A stretch of DNA of 64,000 nt, from the IMG/VR virus record IMGVR_UViG_3300005098_000017, positions 64,001 through 128,000 of that record; one strand, 5' to 3'. This DNA is from a virus. Both the position numbers and the translations under genes were made by a program. Position 1 is the stretch's first letter; the number at the start of each line of letters is the position of its first letter. Below are positions 37,176 to 45,905 of the stretch, one piece after another. The notes under the pieces are model-generated. The model searched no databases, had not been told where the DNA came from, and worked only from the letters and a program-made list of their open reading frames with translations.

Positions 37176-40100
37176 ATGCCAAGGGATATAAGAGTAAGAT
37201 TCAGGCCTACGTTGGTTACCCCTCAGATAAGAGGGGGGTTTCCCACGCTGGGTGTTTTGATTATTGGTACGGCTACTGATGGCCCGACAAATGAGCCGGT
37301 TATTGTAAGGGGTCTTGAGGAAGCACAGGAGATTTTTGGCAACTTAGGTGAGGGGACTCTGCTGGAGGGTTATCATGAATTTATCACAGGTGCTTCACGT
37401 GGTGCAGACCTGCGTACTGTTGTGGGGCTTATGAGACTGGATTTCGGTGAGTATGCTAGTGTGGAGCTACCAGAGCCATCGACGGGTACAGGGCTAAGCG
37501 AGCCAATGGGTGCAACGGCGCTTACTATTAGAGCAAGATATAAAGGTGAAATATACAATATGTTTACCATATCATATAAGGCAGTAGCTGGCGGGTTTGC
37601 TGTATCTATAGTTGTGCCAGCTGAGAAAGATCCATCAGGAAAAAGCCAAGAATATGTGCTTCTTTGTGACCCATCAGGTAGTAATACAGAGCTTATAAAT
37701 AATCTTACGGAGCTGGCTAATGCTATTAATCATCATCCAGTGCTGGCACGTTGGTTGTATGCGGAGGTAAACCTTCTTGATAGTAGATATTCAACGTATA
37801 TATCCAATGGATTTTATTCGGGAGCTGGTGAGTCATTTAATGCGTGGGGTGTAGGATATAATGATACTGATAAGGTTATAGATTTTGTGAGCCGATTTAG
37901 TGGTTCGCCTAGTAGTGATGTTTTGGATTCAGGTGGTGACGATACATTAGGACAGTATCATCCTTATACGATATTTGGGACGACTCCTGTCAATGTTAGG
38001 GCCACATCACTTGACAACATACAAAATATAAGGAATTTTGGAAAACTGGCATTGTATGATGTGTCTGTAGATGCGAATACAAAGATTGCCAATTTAGGTG
38101 TCTATCCTCTTATACAGACCAAAGCCGGTGCAACAAAATTTTATCCCATAAGCGCATATAATGATTATGATGATGATGGTATGTATATTGATGTACCTAA
38201 TTATCTAAGGAATTGGGACACCCCCGCGACAGCTAAATATCTTATACCGGGTAGATTTCCTGTATCGGAGGCTGTCTTCTATATGGATGTGATTCTGAAC
38301 CCCAGCGGGGCTTCAGGGGATGTGAATTATGTCGAAACTAATATGTTCCTGCCTGTGGATGTTTATGGTGATGTATCACTAGCTAATCTTATTAATGCAT
38401 CAAGTGTTAGTGATACAAGACGGTTTAGTTATAAATGGATAATACAGACAGAAGCCGGGACGGTTTATGATAGTGGGGCATCTACTTATACAGGTTGGAT
38501 GTTGCCTCTTTTCCATTCTCCAATGTCATCTATCGGTGGATTAATATTATTCCATCAGAAAGATGGATCGCCGGTTGATGAGTTGGATACGATATTTGGT
38601 TCATGGAAATATCTCTATTTAGGTGTGCCTTCACAGGTAGGTGGATCAGCGCCTGATTGGTATTCTACGACACCGGATGCAGCTACATTAAAACTTATTG
38701 ATACAGGGGATAGTGAGAAGGTCCATATAGGTTTGGGTCCTGCATCAGCATTTTTCACGAAGACTGATGTAACGAGCCATTATGGTAATGAGACATCACC
38801 GGATGAGAATTATACTAATGCCATAAATACGGATGTAAAAGATTTTGATGGTTCATATTCAGGTAATGAGTTCAAGCTCTATTATTCAACGGATGGTTCA
38901 TCTTGGCATGAGATCCCTTTGTATTATGAATATGATGGCAAATATTGTTCTGGCCTTACATTAGAGTGGACATTTAATGGTCAAACAGATCTGGCCGCCT
39001 TAACTGATTTGAATACATTCAAGATCAAATTCTTTGATGGGATCACATGGTCCTCGGAGGATGATCCCGAGATCAAAGAAATCCAGTCGAAGTATCCATT
39101 CCTTGAGGTTGCGAAGGATACCAGCACTGGTGAATATTATCTCGTAATAGCTGCTGGAACAAGAATAAGACTAACGGGTTATACACCGAAGGTTATGTTG
39201 AAGTACCTGCCTTCGAGAGCGGCGCTTAATGACTGGTATGAGTATACTGTCTATCAGGATAGGATTGAGTTTGGTACACCTTATCCATACACAATTAAAT
39301 TCAAGGTTCATTATCTCAAGGAGTTTGTTGAGAATGTTGATTACATATATGATTCCGCACAAGGTACATTCCAGATGCTTGACTCTGAATTGATACCACC
39401 TGATAAGCTAACATTGCTGTATATGGATTATCAGTTTGAGCCTGAGTGGTTTGATACATCTCGTATCTATACATTATCAGGTGGTTCATCTGGGTTTGAG
39501 AGGGCGCGGCCTCTTGAATACTATGCAAAGTTCCGTACGGCTTTGCAAGCTATAAGCACAGATGATAGATTTGACATTATAGTGCCGAAGGGTGCTTATA
39601 TAGACACAGTTGATGAGGTATATGATGCATCTATATCTTCGACGACATATGTTAATGTAGGCTATGTGGATCTCTTTGATGAGTTTACGCAGAAACGTGC
39701 TGATGATGGCAACCCAACGATTGTTATCCTAGCAGCGGAACCTTATAAACCTGAGACAGCTATTGTAGGTTATACCCGTGAGGGTATAGCTAATTGGGTA
39801 ACAAGGATGACCGATACTACATCAATTGATCCCCGTTCGCCGGCGGGCTTAATTGCCTCTGTGACTGACAATCCAATGATGTGTGTTACTGTTGTACCGA
39901 TAGCACTTATAGCACCGGGCGGCGCTTATTACATATCGGATGGAGCTGCATTCCTTGCGGGTCTTGCTGCAAGATTCCATTATGTGCCCCGCACTGCAGC
40001 TAATGAGAGTCTTTACAACCTTGCACTTCCTAATGGTGTCAGACCTGCGTTTAGATTATCGGAGTCGCAGGTTGATGCATTGCTCAACATGCGTTACATA

Positions 40101-40460
40101 GTGTTCCACATGGGTCAGGATGGAGCGCCGCGGCTTATGAGAGATACAACACTTGCCCAGCCATTTAGTTCATTGAGTGCGCTAACCCACCTAGCTGTGT
40201 TGCTGCGTATTAAGCAGGGATTTATAAGAAGGCTGCGGCCTCATATCGGTAAGATCGTTAACGCTCAGACGAAGATGGAGGTTGATGCAGCTATAACATC
40301 CGAGTTGGCACTATGGCAGAAGAGTGGGATTATACAGCAGGCTATAGTTGATATTGATTGGGCAAGTCTTGAAGGTACATTGGGAGTATTACCAGTGCAT
40401 ATTACGATTGTGAGATCACCCATTCTGAAGGGTGTTGAAATAGATATTGTTGTGCGGTAA
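37176..40460 (+). CDS. Contractile tail sheath protein (1094 aa, large central insertions)
   Basis: IIGTATDGPTNEPV...EAQEIFG N-terminus; TIRARYKG; LSGG; sheath-like C-terminal domain. Confidence 0.9.
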   Translation: MPRDIRVRFRPTLVTPQIRGGFPTLGVLIIGTATDGPTNEPVIVRGLEEAQEIFGNLGEGTLLEGYHEFITGASRGADLRTVVGLMRLDFGEYASVELPEPSTGTGLSEPMGATALTIRARYKGEIYNMFTISYKAVAGGFAVSIVVPAEKDPSGKSQEYVLLCDPSGSNTELINNLTELANAINHHPVLARWLYAEVNLLDSRYSTYISNGFYSGAGESFNAWGVGYNDTDKVIDFVSRFSGSPSSDVLDSGGDDTLGQYHPYTIFGTTPVNVRATSLDNIQNIRNFGKLALYDVSVDANTKIANLGVYPLIQTKAGATKFYPISAYNDYDDDGMYIDVPNYLRNWDTPATAKYLIPGRFPVSEAVFYMDVILNPSGASGDVNYVETNMFLPVDVYGDVSLANLINASSVSDTRRFSYKWIIQTEAGTVYDSGASTYTGWMLPLFHSPMSSIGGLILFHQKDGSPVDELDTIFGSWKYLYLGVPSQVGGSAPDWYSTTPDAATLKLIDTGDSEKVHIGLGPASAFFTKTDVTSHYGNETSPDENYTNAINTDVKDFDGSYSGNEFKLYYSTDGSSWHEIPLYYEYDGKYCSGLTLEWTFNGQTDLAALTDLNTFKIKFFDGITWSSEDDPEIKEIQSKYPFLEVAKDTSTGEYYLVIAAGTRIRLTGYTPKVMLKYLPSRAALNDWYEYTVYQDRIEFGTPYPYTIKFKVHYLKEFVENVDYIYDSAQGTFQMLDSELIPPDKLTLLYMDYQFEPEWFDTSRIYTLSGGSSGFERARPLEYYAKFRTALQAISTDDRFDIIVPKGAYIDTVDEVYDASISSTTYVNVGYVDLFDEFTQKRADDGNPTIVILAAEPYKPETAIVGYTREGIANWVTRMTDTTSIDPRSPAGLIASVTDNPMMCVTVVPIALIAPGGAYYISDGAAFLAGLAARFHYVPRTAANESLYNLALPNGVRPAFRLSESQVDALLNMRYIVFHMGQDGAPRLMRDTTLAQPFSSLSALTHLAVLLRIKQGFIRRLRPHIGKIVNAQTKMEVDAAITSELALWQKSGIIQQAIVDIDWASLEGTLGVLPVHITIVRSPILKGVEIDIVVR

Positions 40461-40485
40461 GATTGGTGGAAGGAATATCAAGTAG

Positions 40486-40517
40486 AAGGCCCTCCGTATG
40501 AAGCGGGGGGCCTTTTT
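40486..40517 (+). terminator. Rho-independent terminator after the sheath gene
   Basis: AAGGCCCTCCG-TATGAAG-CGGGGGGCCTT followed by a T run. Confidence 0.85.
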
Positions 40518-40538
40518 GTTTTGGTATGTTGTCTTGAG

Positions 40539-40772
40539 ATGAAAGATGTGAAGATATACATTGATGATGGTATTTTATATGTGGAATTTCATGAGTTCTA
40601 CGATCGGGCCGATATATTGATTTATGATGTGAAGGGCCGGCTTATTCATGAAGGGACTGCGGCCGGCTTAAGCGTCTATACATATGACATGTCTCGTTAT
40701 GCAAGTGGTCCTTACATTGTTGTTATTTTGGTTAGTGGTAGAAAATATAGTAAGGTAGTCACATTGCATTAG
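40539..40772 (+). CDS. Stand-alone T9SS type-A C-terminal sorting-domain-like protein
   Basis: ILIYDVKGRLI...YDMSRYASGPYIVVI...YSKVVTL matches the I-Y-D/N-x-x-G...L-x-x-G-x-Y...K pattern; no signal peptide. Confidence 0.75.
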   Translation: MKDVKIYIDDGILYVEFHEFYDRADILIYDVKGRLIHEGTAAGLSVYTYDMSRYASGPYIVVILVSGRKYSKVVTLH

Positions 40773-40787
40773 TATTAGGAGGTTATT

Positions 40788-41645
40788 ATGGGACTGACAT
40801 TAAGTTCTAATAAATATGCTAAGACATTTAATTCCTTTTCAGGTGCTGATATATTCATAATCTTTGAAAATGCTACTGTTGGGACAATAACCCAGCTATC
40901 TTGGAATATAACGAGGGAGAAGGCCCCTCTTTATGTTCTTGGCCATGTTGATGCTGTGGGTACATCACGTGGTAAGAGAAGCATTGCTGGTTCACTTACA
41001 GGTCTAATCTTTGACCGTTGGACACTCTTTGATCTGGCATGGGGATCTGACATTACAGGTGAAGGTGGCCGTACCGGTGAGTATGCTGAGTATGCAAGGA
41101 AGACGGGTGATATCTTGGTGCCGGGTGATTTGATGTTTGTGGATTATGCTGATATATATGGCACTGATGTAGCACCGGGTACTAGAGCATGGCCTGTAGG
41201 TGGTGGCGGGTCTGCTGAGGAAGCATGGAAGAAGATGCTTGGTTGGGAGCCTAGTAGGGTTGTATATGCTGACCAAATGCTACCATGTGATGTAACGATT
41301 GTTGGTATTAATGAGGCAGGTAATTTTATGGTTTCGAGGATTTTTGGTATAGATTTGCTATCAACAGGTGCTGGTATATCAATTGATGATGTAACTATGG
41401 AGGAGCAGTATACATGGTTTGCTATGTCAATGCTACCATTTTTACCGAGGTATACAGGCGGTGAAGGTACTGGCTTAGAACTTTATAATCTCCTTAAGGA
41501 GTATTGGGGACTACCGGGTTCAGAGATGGCGTCGTTAAAGTCAGCTATGGAGACAATAGCTAGAGCAAGTCGTTCTGGTTTAGGTACTGGTAGCACTACT
41601 GGTGGAACAGGTACTGGAGGAACTGGTACTGGTGGAGGAGGTTGA
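40788..41645 (+). CDS. Putative tail tube protein with a Gly/Thr-rich tail
   Basis: SFSGADI...TREKAPLYVLG...RGKRSIAGSL; follows the sheath gene. Confidence 0.7.
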   Translation: MGLTLSSNKYAKTFNSFSGADIFIIFENATVGTITQLSWNITREKAPLYVLGHVDAVGTSRGKRSIAGSLTGLIFDRWTLFDLAWGSDITGEGGRTGEYAEYARKTGDILVPGDLMFVDYADIYGTDVAPGTRAWPVGGGGSAEEAWKKMLGWEPSRVVYADQMLPCDVTIVGINEAGNFMVSRIFGIDLLSTGAGISIDDVTMEEQYTWFAMSMLPFLPRYTGGEGTGLELYNLLKEYWGLPGSEMASLKSAMETIARASRSGLGTGSTTGGTGTGGTGTGGGG

Positions 41646-42820
41646 TGAGATTAGAGGATGCTGAAAGCAAGCAGTATGTATTTAGTTTTAGTGGTGCTGA
41701 TTATATACCATTTGCTTTTGTGGGGGGGCGGCTTCGTGCGCTCCCCCTTGTTATGACGATAACGGCTTCTTTCGTTGCTGACCAAGCGCCGGCCTTAACC
41801 CTTGGTAGTAAGGTACCATTAACGATACGACCTGGTCATGTTACTGTCGCGGGCTCCATTATAGGAGCTGTCAGTGATGTACACCCTCTCTTTCCATTGA
41901 CATCATTGTTTGTTAGGGATGTGCGCTTCGGTACTGATGTTGCGCTAAGGACATATGAATTACCCCTTTTTGATATTATTATTGTTGGTATTAATGAGGT
42001 AGGTAGGACAACTGTTGCGAAGGTTTATGGTGCGCGTATTCAGCAGGGAGGATATACATATTCAATCCAGGATCTTTACACAGAGACAACATTTCAATAT
42101 AGGGCGTTGGATATGGATGAACCTCAGGTAGCACCTGTTATGGAAGGTGAGATGATGCATTATATCAATCCAGCCATATTTTTTGACCGGCTTAATAGGA
42201 TTCCTATCTTAGCGAAGAATAAAGCGGAGGTTGGTGCTGTATTGGGTGTTATATTATCATTGCGTGCGAAACTTATTGACATCTATGACAAGATTGCTAA
42301 TGCAAAGAGCATAGAAGAGCGTGAGCATTGGTTGCAGGAAGCTAAAAATGTGCAGGAAGAAATCCGCAGGTATGAGGATGCGCTTAATACGACATTGAGG
42401 TTATATTCGAGGACTGTTATATCAGGTAATCAATTTGCGGATGCTGTATTTGGGGATTTGGTTTGGCCGCGGGATTTGAAGTATGTTGAAGTGGAGAAAT
42501 CTTATGTATATCCGCAGCGTTATTATGCATCTGTTGGGGATACACAGAAGATTGGTACCTATCAGTGGCGTTCTGAACATGAGACTGATATGTGGAATAT
42601 ATATACCTATTTCCAACAGATTTATATAATGTTACGAGATTCGTATCGAAAAGGAGATGTACCTATGCATGATTTATATAGGAGGTGCTTAGATTTCCGT
42701 GCGAAGTTAATAAGTGCTATGTCAACCTTTAAGGAGGATAAATATTTACATCCATATTATGGTGAAGCTTTATTGAAGCGTTATGATGAGTTAATTAAGC
42801 AGATAAGAGAGAGACTATGA
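41642..42820 (+). CDS. Tube-fold paralog 2 (tube initiator / hub-like) with helical extension
   Basis: SFSGAD...LTLG...TVAGSI...LPLFDIIIVGINEVG...SIQDLYTE aligns with the preceding ORF. Confidence 0.7.
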   Translation: MMRLEDAESKQYVFSFSGADYIPFAFVGGRLRALPLVMTITASFVADQAPALTLGSKVPLTIRPGHVTVAGSIIGAVSDVHPLFPLTSLFVRDVRFGTDVALRTYELPLFDIIIVGINEVGRTTVAKVYGARIQQGGYTYSIQDLYTETTFQYRALDMDEPQVAPVMEGEMMHYINPAIFFDRLNRIPILAKNKAEVGAVLGVILSLRAKLIDIYDKIANAKSIEEREHWLQEAKNVQEEIRRYEDALNTTLRLYSRTVISGNQFADAVFGDLVWPRDLKYVEVEKSYVYPQRYYASVGDTQKIGTYQWRSEHETDMWNIYTYFQQIYIMLRDSYRKGDVPMHDLYRRCLDFRAKLISAMSTFKEDKYLHPYYGEALLKRYDELIKQIRERL

Positions 42821-44823
42821 TAGTCCGCCGTTTTGTAAACACTAACATATATAAGAATCTACAGGAGAAGCAGGGCATAACAGACAATGATGGTACTGTT
42901 TCCTATAAGCCGGCTGAGGAAACGACTTTTGATATACCTTATTTAGAGGATTTTTATACCCCTGCGCTTATTACGCTTTACTTTGATGGCATAAGGATAG
43001 CTGAGGCTGTTTTTGTGGAATATGTTTATAATGATCAGAAGATACCTGTTTATGGTTATGGGGATCGTTATGTTCGTGCATTTGAGGAGGGGCATCATTT
43101 AATAAGCGGGCGCATGGGGTTTTTATTTAAGGAGACGGCTTATTTATCGAGTGTTATTGATTTGGTATCAGGAAGCCGGCTTATTACCACACCCGGAGGT
43201 GAAAGTGCTGTATATGCATTGCTGCAGAGAGTACTGAGCGATCCTGAGGTTAATGAAAAAGTTGAATATATGAGGCAGATTTTGACATCGGTATTTGGGT
43301 TGGAGCCCTTCAAGGTTGGGCAGCTTAATGCTAATCAGATGATTAATTTATTAAAGATTTATAAGTCTGTTATTTATATGACTGTGAATCCCCGCTATGG
43401 CGCCACAGGTCCTTTGGTGACAGAGGCAATGAACAGTAGCGAAGCGCTTAGTTCTCCCTCATCGCCACTGGTATGGAAGATCGGCTCGCCTCATGTTATA
43501 TCGGCAATGTTAGATATGGAGGATGTCTTTGGTGAGGTGGCTATTGAAGGATTGTGGGAATCAGTGGAAGATGCATTATGGAGTAAGGAGGTGCCGGGCT
43601 TAGACATTGCACCCATCGTAGAGCATGATTTAGGTTATACAGGTTATGGGTATGTAATATCTGACAAAACATTTGATGTTTTTATAAGGTATGGTGCTGA
43701 TGGATCAAGCATTACAGACCATACAGTTGAGGTTATCAATGATGTCCATCTTGTATCAAGTGGCAAGAGCATCAATGTTGGCTCGCCTGATCTTGTTGTT
43801 GAGGTTTTGGAGTTCATAGCGCGCACTAACAATCGGCGGCTTAATATCTACCAGCATAAACAGGTATCGGAGACGGATGAGCTTATTCCACCGCAAATGG
43901 ATAGTGGTATGAGCGAGGGGAAGAAGTATTTTAGTTATAAGAAAGAAGAAATGGAGAATGCGAGGGTCGGGGATCAGGAAAAGGAGAAATATAGAAAGCT
44001 TTCAGAAGAGGAATTGAAAGAAATGCGGGCTACCTTGTGCGGTCGTTGTATTGATGAAAGATGTAGTATCAAGGTGGGTAGTTTTGGGTTTAACACGTTG
44101 AAAGATAGCTTGTTTGAACATACAGGTATAACATTAGATATTAGCTATCGAGGTGAGACTCATTTTGGTCCTTTGGTCATATATGAAAAACCGACATTTA
44201 CTTTGAGTGTGGAGAAGACAGTTGATAATTTGTTGGCTAATATTGCAAAATTATCGCAGGCTGCTACAAGGGGATCATTGGGTGGATTTGTAGTAGAGAA
44301 AGGTTTGTTGGAAGTTGTGTGGGGGCAGCATCCTAAACTTGAGCAGCAGGGCCCTCATAAAGTAAGGACAGTTGGTTGTCCTTTTGCGTTTGCGGAGGCG
44401 GTTGTAGAAAATTTGAAGCCATCATTTTGTTTACGCTACTTGAATGCTCTTTTAAGGTATAGTGCCCCACCGAGTGCTATTATTGATGATTTGCGTGCTA
44501 TTTTAGATTATGTTACTTCGCATTCAGGTATCGCAAGTTTGAAGTTTCCTATAGCTATTGCTATGGCTGGTCATGGTGATGAGTTTAATAAAAACATTTC
44601 GCAATATATGAAAGGGGTTCATGTGCCACAATTTGATGTATATGATGGATTAAAGATAAGTGTAAAAAAAGCACTACTACAAATAAATGAAGGGGAAAAT
44701 ACTCCTTATAAATTGGCTGTTTTGCCGTTGTACATAATTATGATTGATTTAGCTGACCGTGAATCGGTATTGAATTTTAAAAATAAGCTTGACACATGGA
44801 CATTCCATCATTATTATTACTGA
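42817..44823 (+). CDS. Tube-fold paralog 3 / baseplate-hub-like protein
   Basis: QKIPVYGYG...GHHLISGRM...TFDVFI...EFIAR. Confidence 0.6.
   Translation: MIVRRFVNTNIYKNLQEKQGITDNDGTVSYKPAEETTFDIPYLEDFYTPALITLYFDGIRIAEAVFVEYVYNDQKIPVYGYGDRYVRAFEEGHHLISGRMGFLFKETAYLSSVIDLVSGSRLITTPGGESAVYALLQRVLSDPEVNEKVEYMRQILTSVFGLEPFKVGQLNANQMINLLKIYKSVIYMTVNPRYGATGPLVTEAMNSSEALSSPSSPLVWKIGSPHVISAMLDMEDVFGEVAIEGLWESVEDALWSKEVPGLDIAPIVEHDLGYTGYGYVISDKTFDVFIRYGADGSSITDHTVEVINDVHLVSSGKSINVGSPDLVVEVLEFIARTNNRRLNIYQHKQVSETDELIPPQMDSGMSEGKKYFSYKKEEMENARVGDQEKEKYRKLSEEELKEMRATLCGRCIDERCSIKVGSFGFNTLKDSLFEHTGITLDISYRGETHFGPLVIYEKPTFTLSVEKTVDNLLANIAKLSQAATRGSLGGFVVEKGLLEVVWGQHPKLEQQGPHKVRTVGCPFAFAEAVVENLKPSFCLRYLNALLRYSAPPSAIIDDLRAILDYVTSHSGIASLKFPIAIAMAGHGDEFNKNISQYMKGVHVPQFDVYDGLKISVKKALLQINEGENTPYKLAVLPLYIIMIDLADRESVLNFKNKLDTWTFHHYYY
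44789..44817 (+). promoter_or_regulatory. Near-consensus sigma70 promoter
   Basis: TTGACA (44789-44794)-17 bp-TATTAT (44812-44817). Confidence 0.6.
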
Positions 44824-44850
44824 TGTTAAATCTTAACAAAGGGGTGGTAT

Positions 44851-45528
44851 ATGGATCCCAAAGAGTATAAACAGCAGCATGGTGTTGATATTTTTGCGGT
44901 TGGTTGTAATGTTCTGAAAAATACTTATAAGGCATATTTTCCTATTATGTCTGTTGCTGATCTTACGACTGATGTTATGTATAATGACCCTGCGCGGGTT
45001 CATCTATTAAATGTTGTCCGTAACCTTGTTGAAAAGATAAGTTTAGGAACGATGACTGATGATGATTTGGTTGCTGTCATGGGTGGTTGCATTCATCTCG
45101 AAAAGAATATGCAACCTATTGATCCGATGTCTGTAGAGAATGCTATAGCTAAGCTCTTAGCTGAACGGTGGATTACTGCGATGGGCTTCTTTGATACACC
45201 GCGGGTTTATGTTGCTGAGGTGGATGGGCAAACATGCGATGTTGTTGAAACTGTTTATGCAGGTAAGGTTTACAAAATTTATCTAAAGCCTATATCAGGT
45301 GACAATGATCCTCGTATTGAGCATGTGTTGAAGGTCTTGGGTAGAGAGTATACGATTGATCAGACATATGATGTATTTAGAAGCTCGGTTGTGAAGGTTG
45401 AAGCCGCGCCCTTTGGGCAGCTATCGTTTGAGGATGTTGAACTTAATGATAAAGTGCTGTTTGCAAGTGCTGTTATGGCGTGGATTGAGAATACAGGTAG
45501 CATTGAATATGATTACGAAATTATATAA
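44851..45528 (+). CDS. Hypothetical protein (tail assembly chaperone position)
   Basis: 225-aa acidic ORF. Confidence 0.6.
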   Translation: MDPKEYKQQHGVDIFAVGCNVLKNTYKAYFPIMSVADLTTDVMYNDPARVHLLNVVRNLVEKISLGTMTDDDLVAVMGGCIHLEKNMQPIDPMSVENAIAKLLAERWITAMGFFDTPRVYVAEVDGQTCDVVETVYAGKVYKIYLKPISGDNDPRIEHVLKVLGREYTIDQTYDVFRSSVVKVEAAPFGQLSFEDVELNDKVLFASAVMAWIENTGSIEYDYEII

Positions 45529-45905
45529 TGAATCTTATACGTATTAAGTATGAGGATACCACCTATGAATTTAATTATCCCACCCTATTTGATTACTACT
45601 TGTTTATTGATGGTCAAAAAGTTCGGGTATTTGATCGCCTCGCATTAAAGGATTATAGTATTCCATCAATTAAGAAGGTGCGCATTATAACCATCCTCTT
45701 TCGTCACTTCCCCGCCTTTGCTACAGAGGATGAGGTATTTTCCAATATACCGGATGCTGGTGGTTTAATTTATTTAATACGGGTGTTTGGATATAAACCT
45801 CACGAATTATTGCAGTTAAATCCTTATGAGCTTGATTTTGCGGTAAGGTTGGCGGAATATATAAACAATCCAAAACTAGAGAATGACAGTAGTCCGCAGG
45901 AATAA
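45528..45905 (+). CDS. Hypothetical protein (tail assembly chaperone-like)
   Basis: C-terminal FGYKPHELLQLN resembles the second TAC segment; precedes the giant ORF. Confidence 0.55.
   Translation: MNLIRIKYEDTTYEFNYPTLFDYYLFIDGQKVRVFDRLALKDYSIPSIKKVRIITILFRHFPAFATEDEVFSNIPDAGGLIYLIRVFGYKPHELLQLNPYELDFAVRLAEYINNPKLENDSSPQE

Noticed and set aside
44851-45905. Programmed frameshift in the tail-chaperone pair
   Set aside because: No clear XXXYYYZ slippery site near the first stop; the second ORF has its own coupled TAATG start
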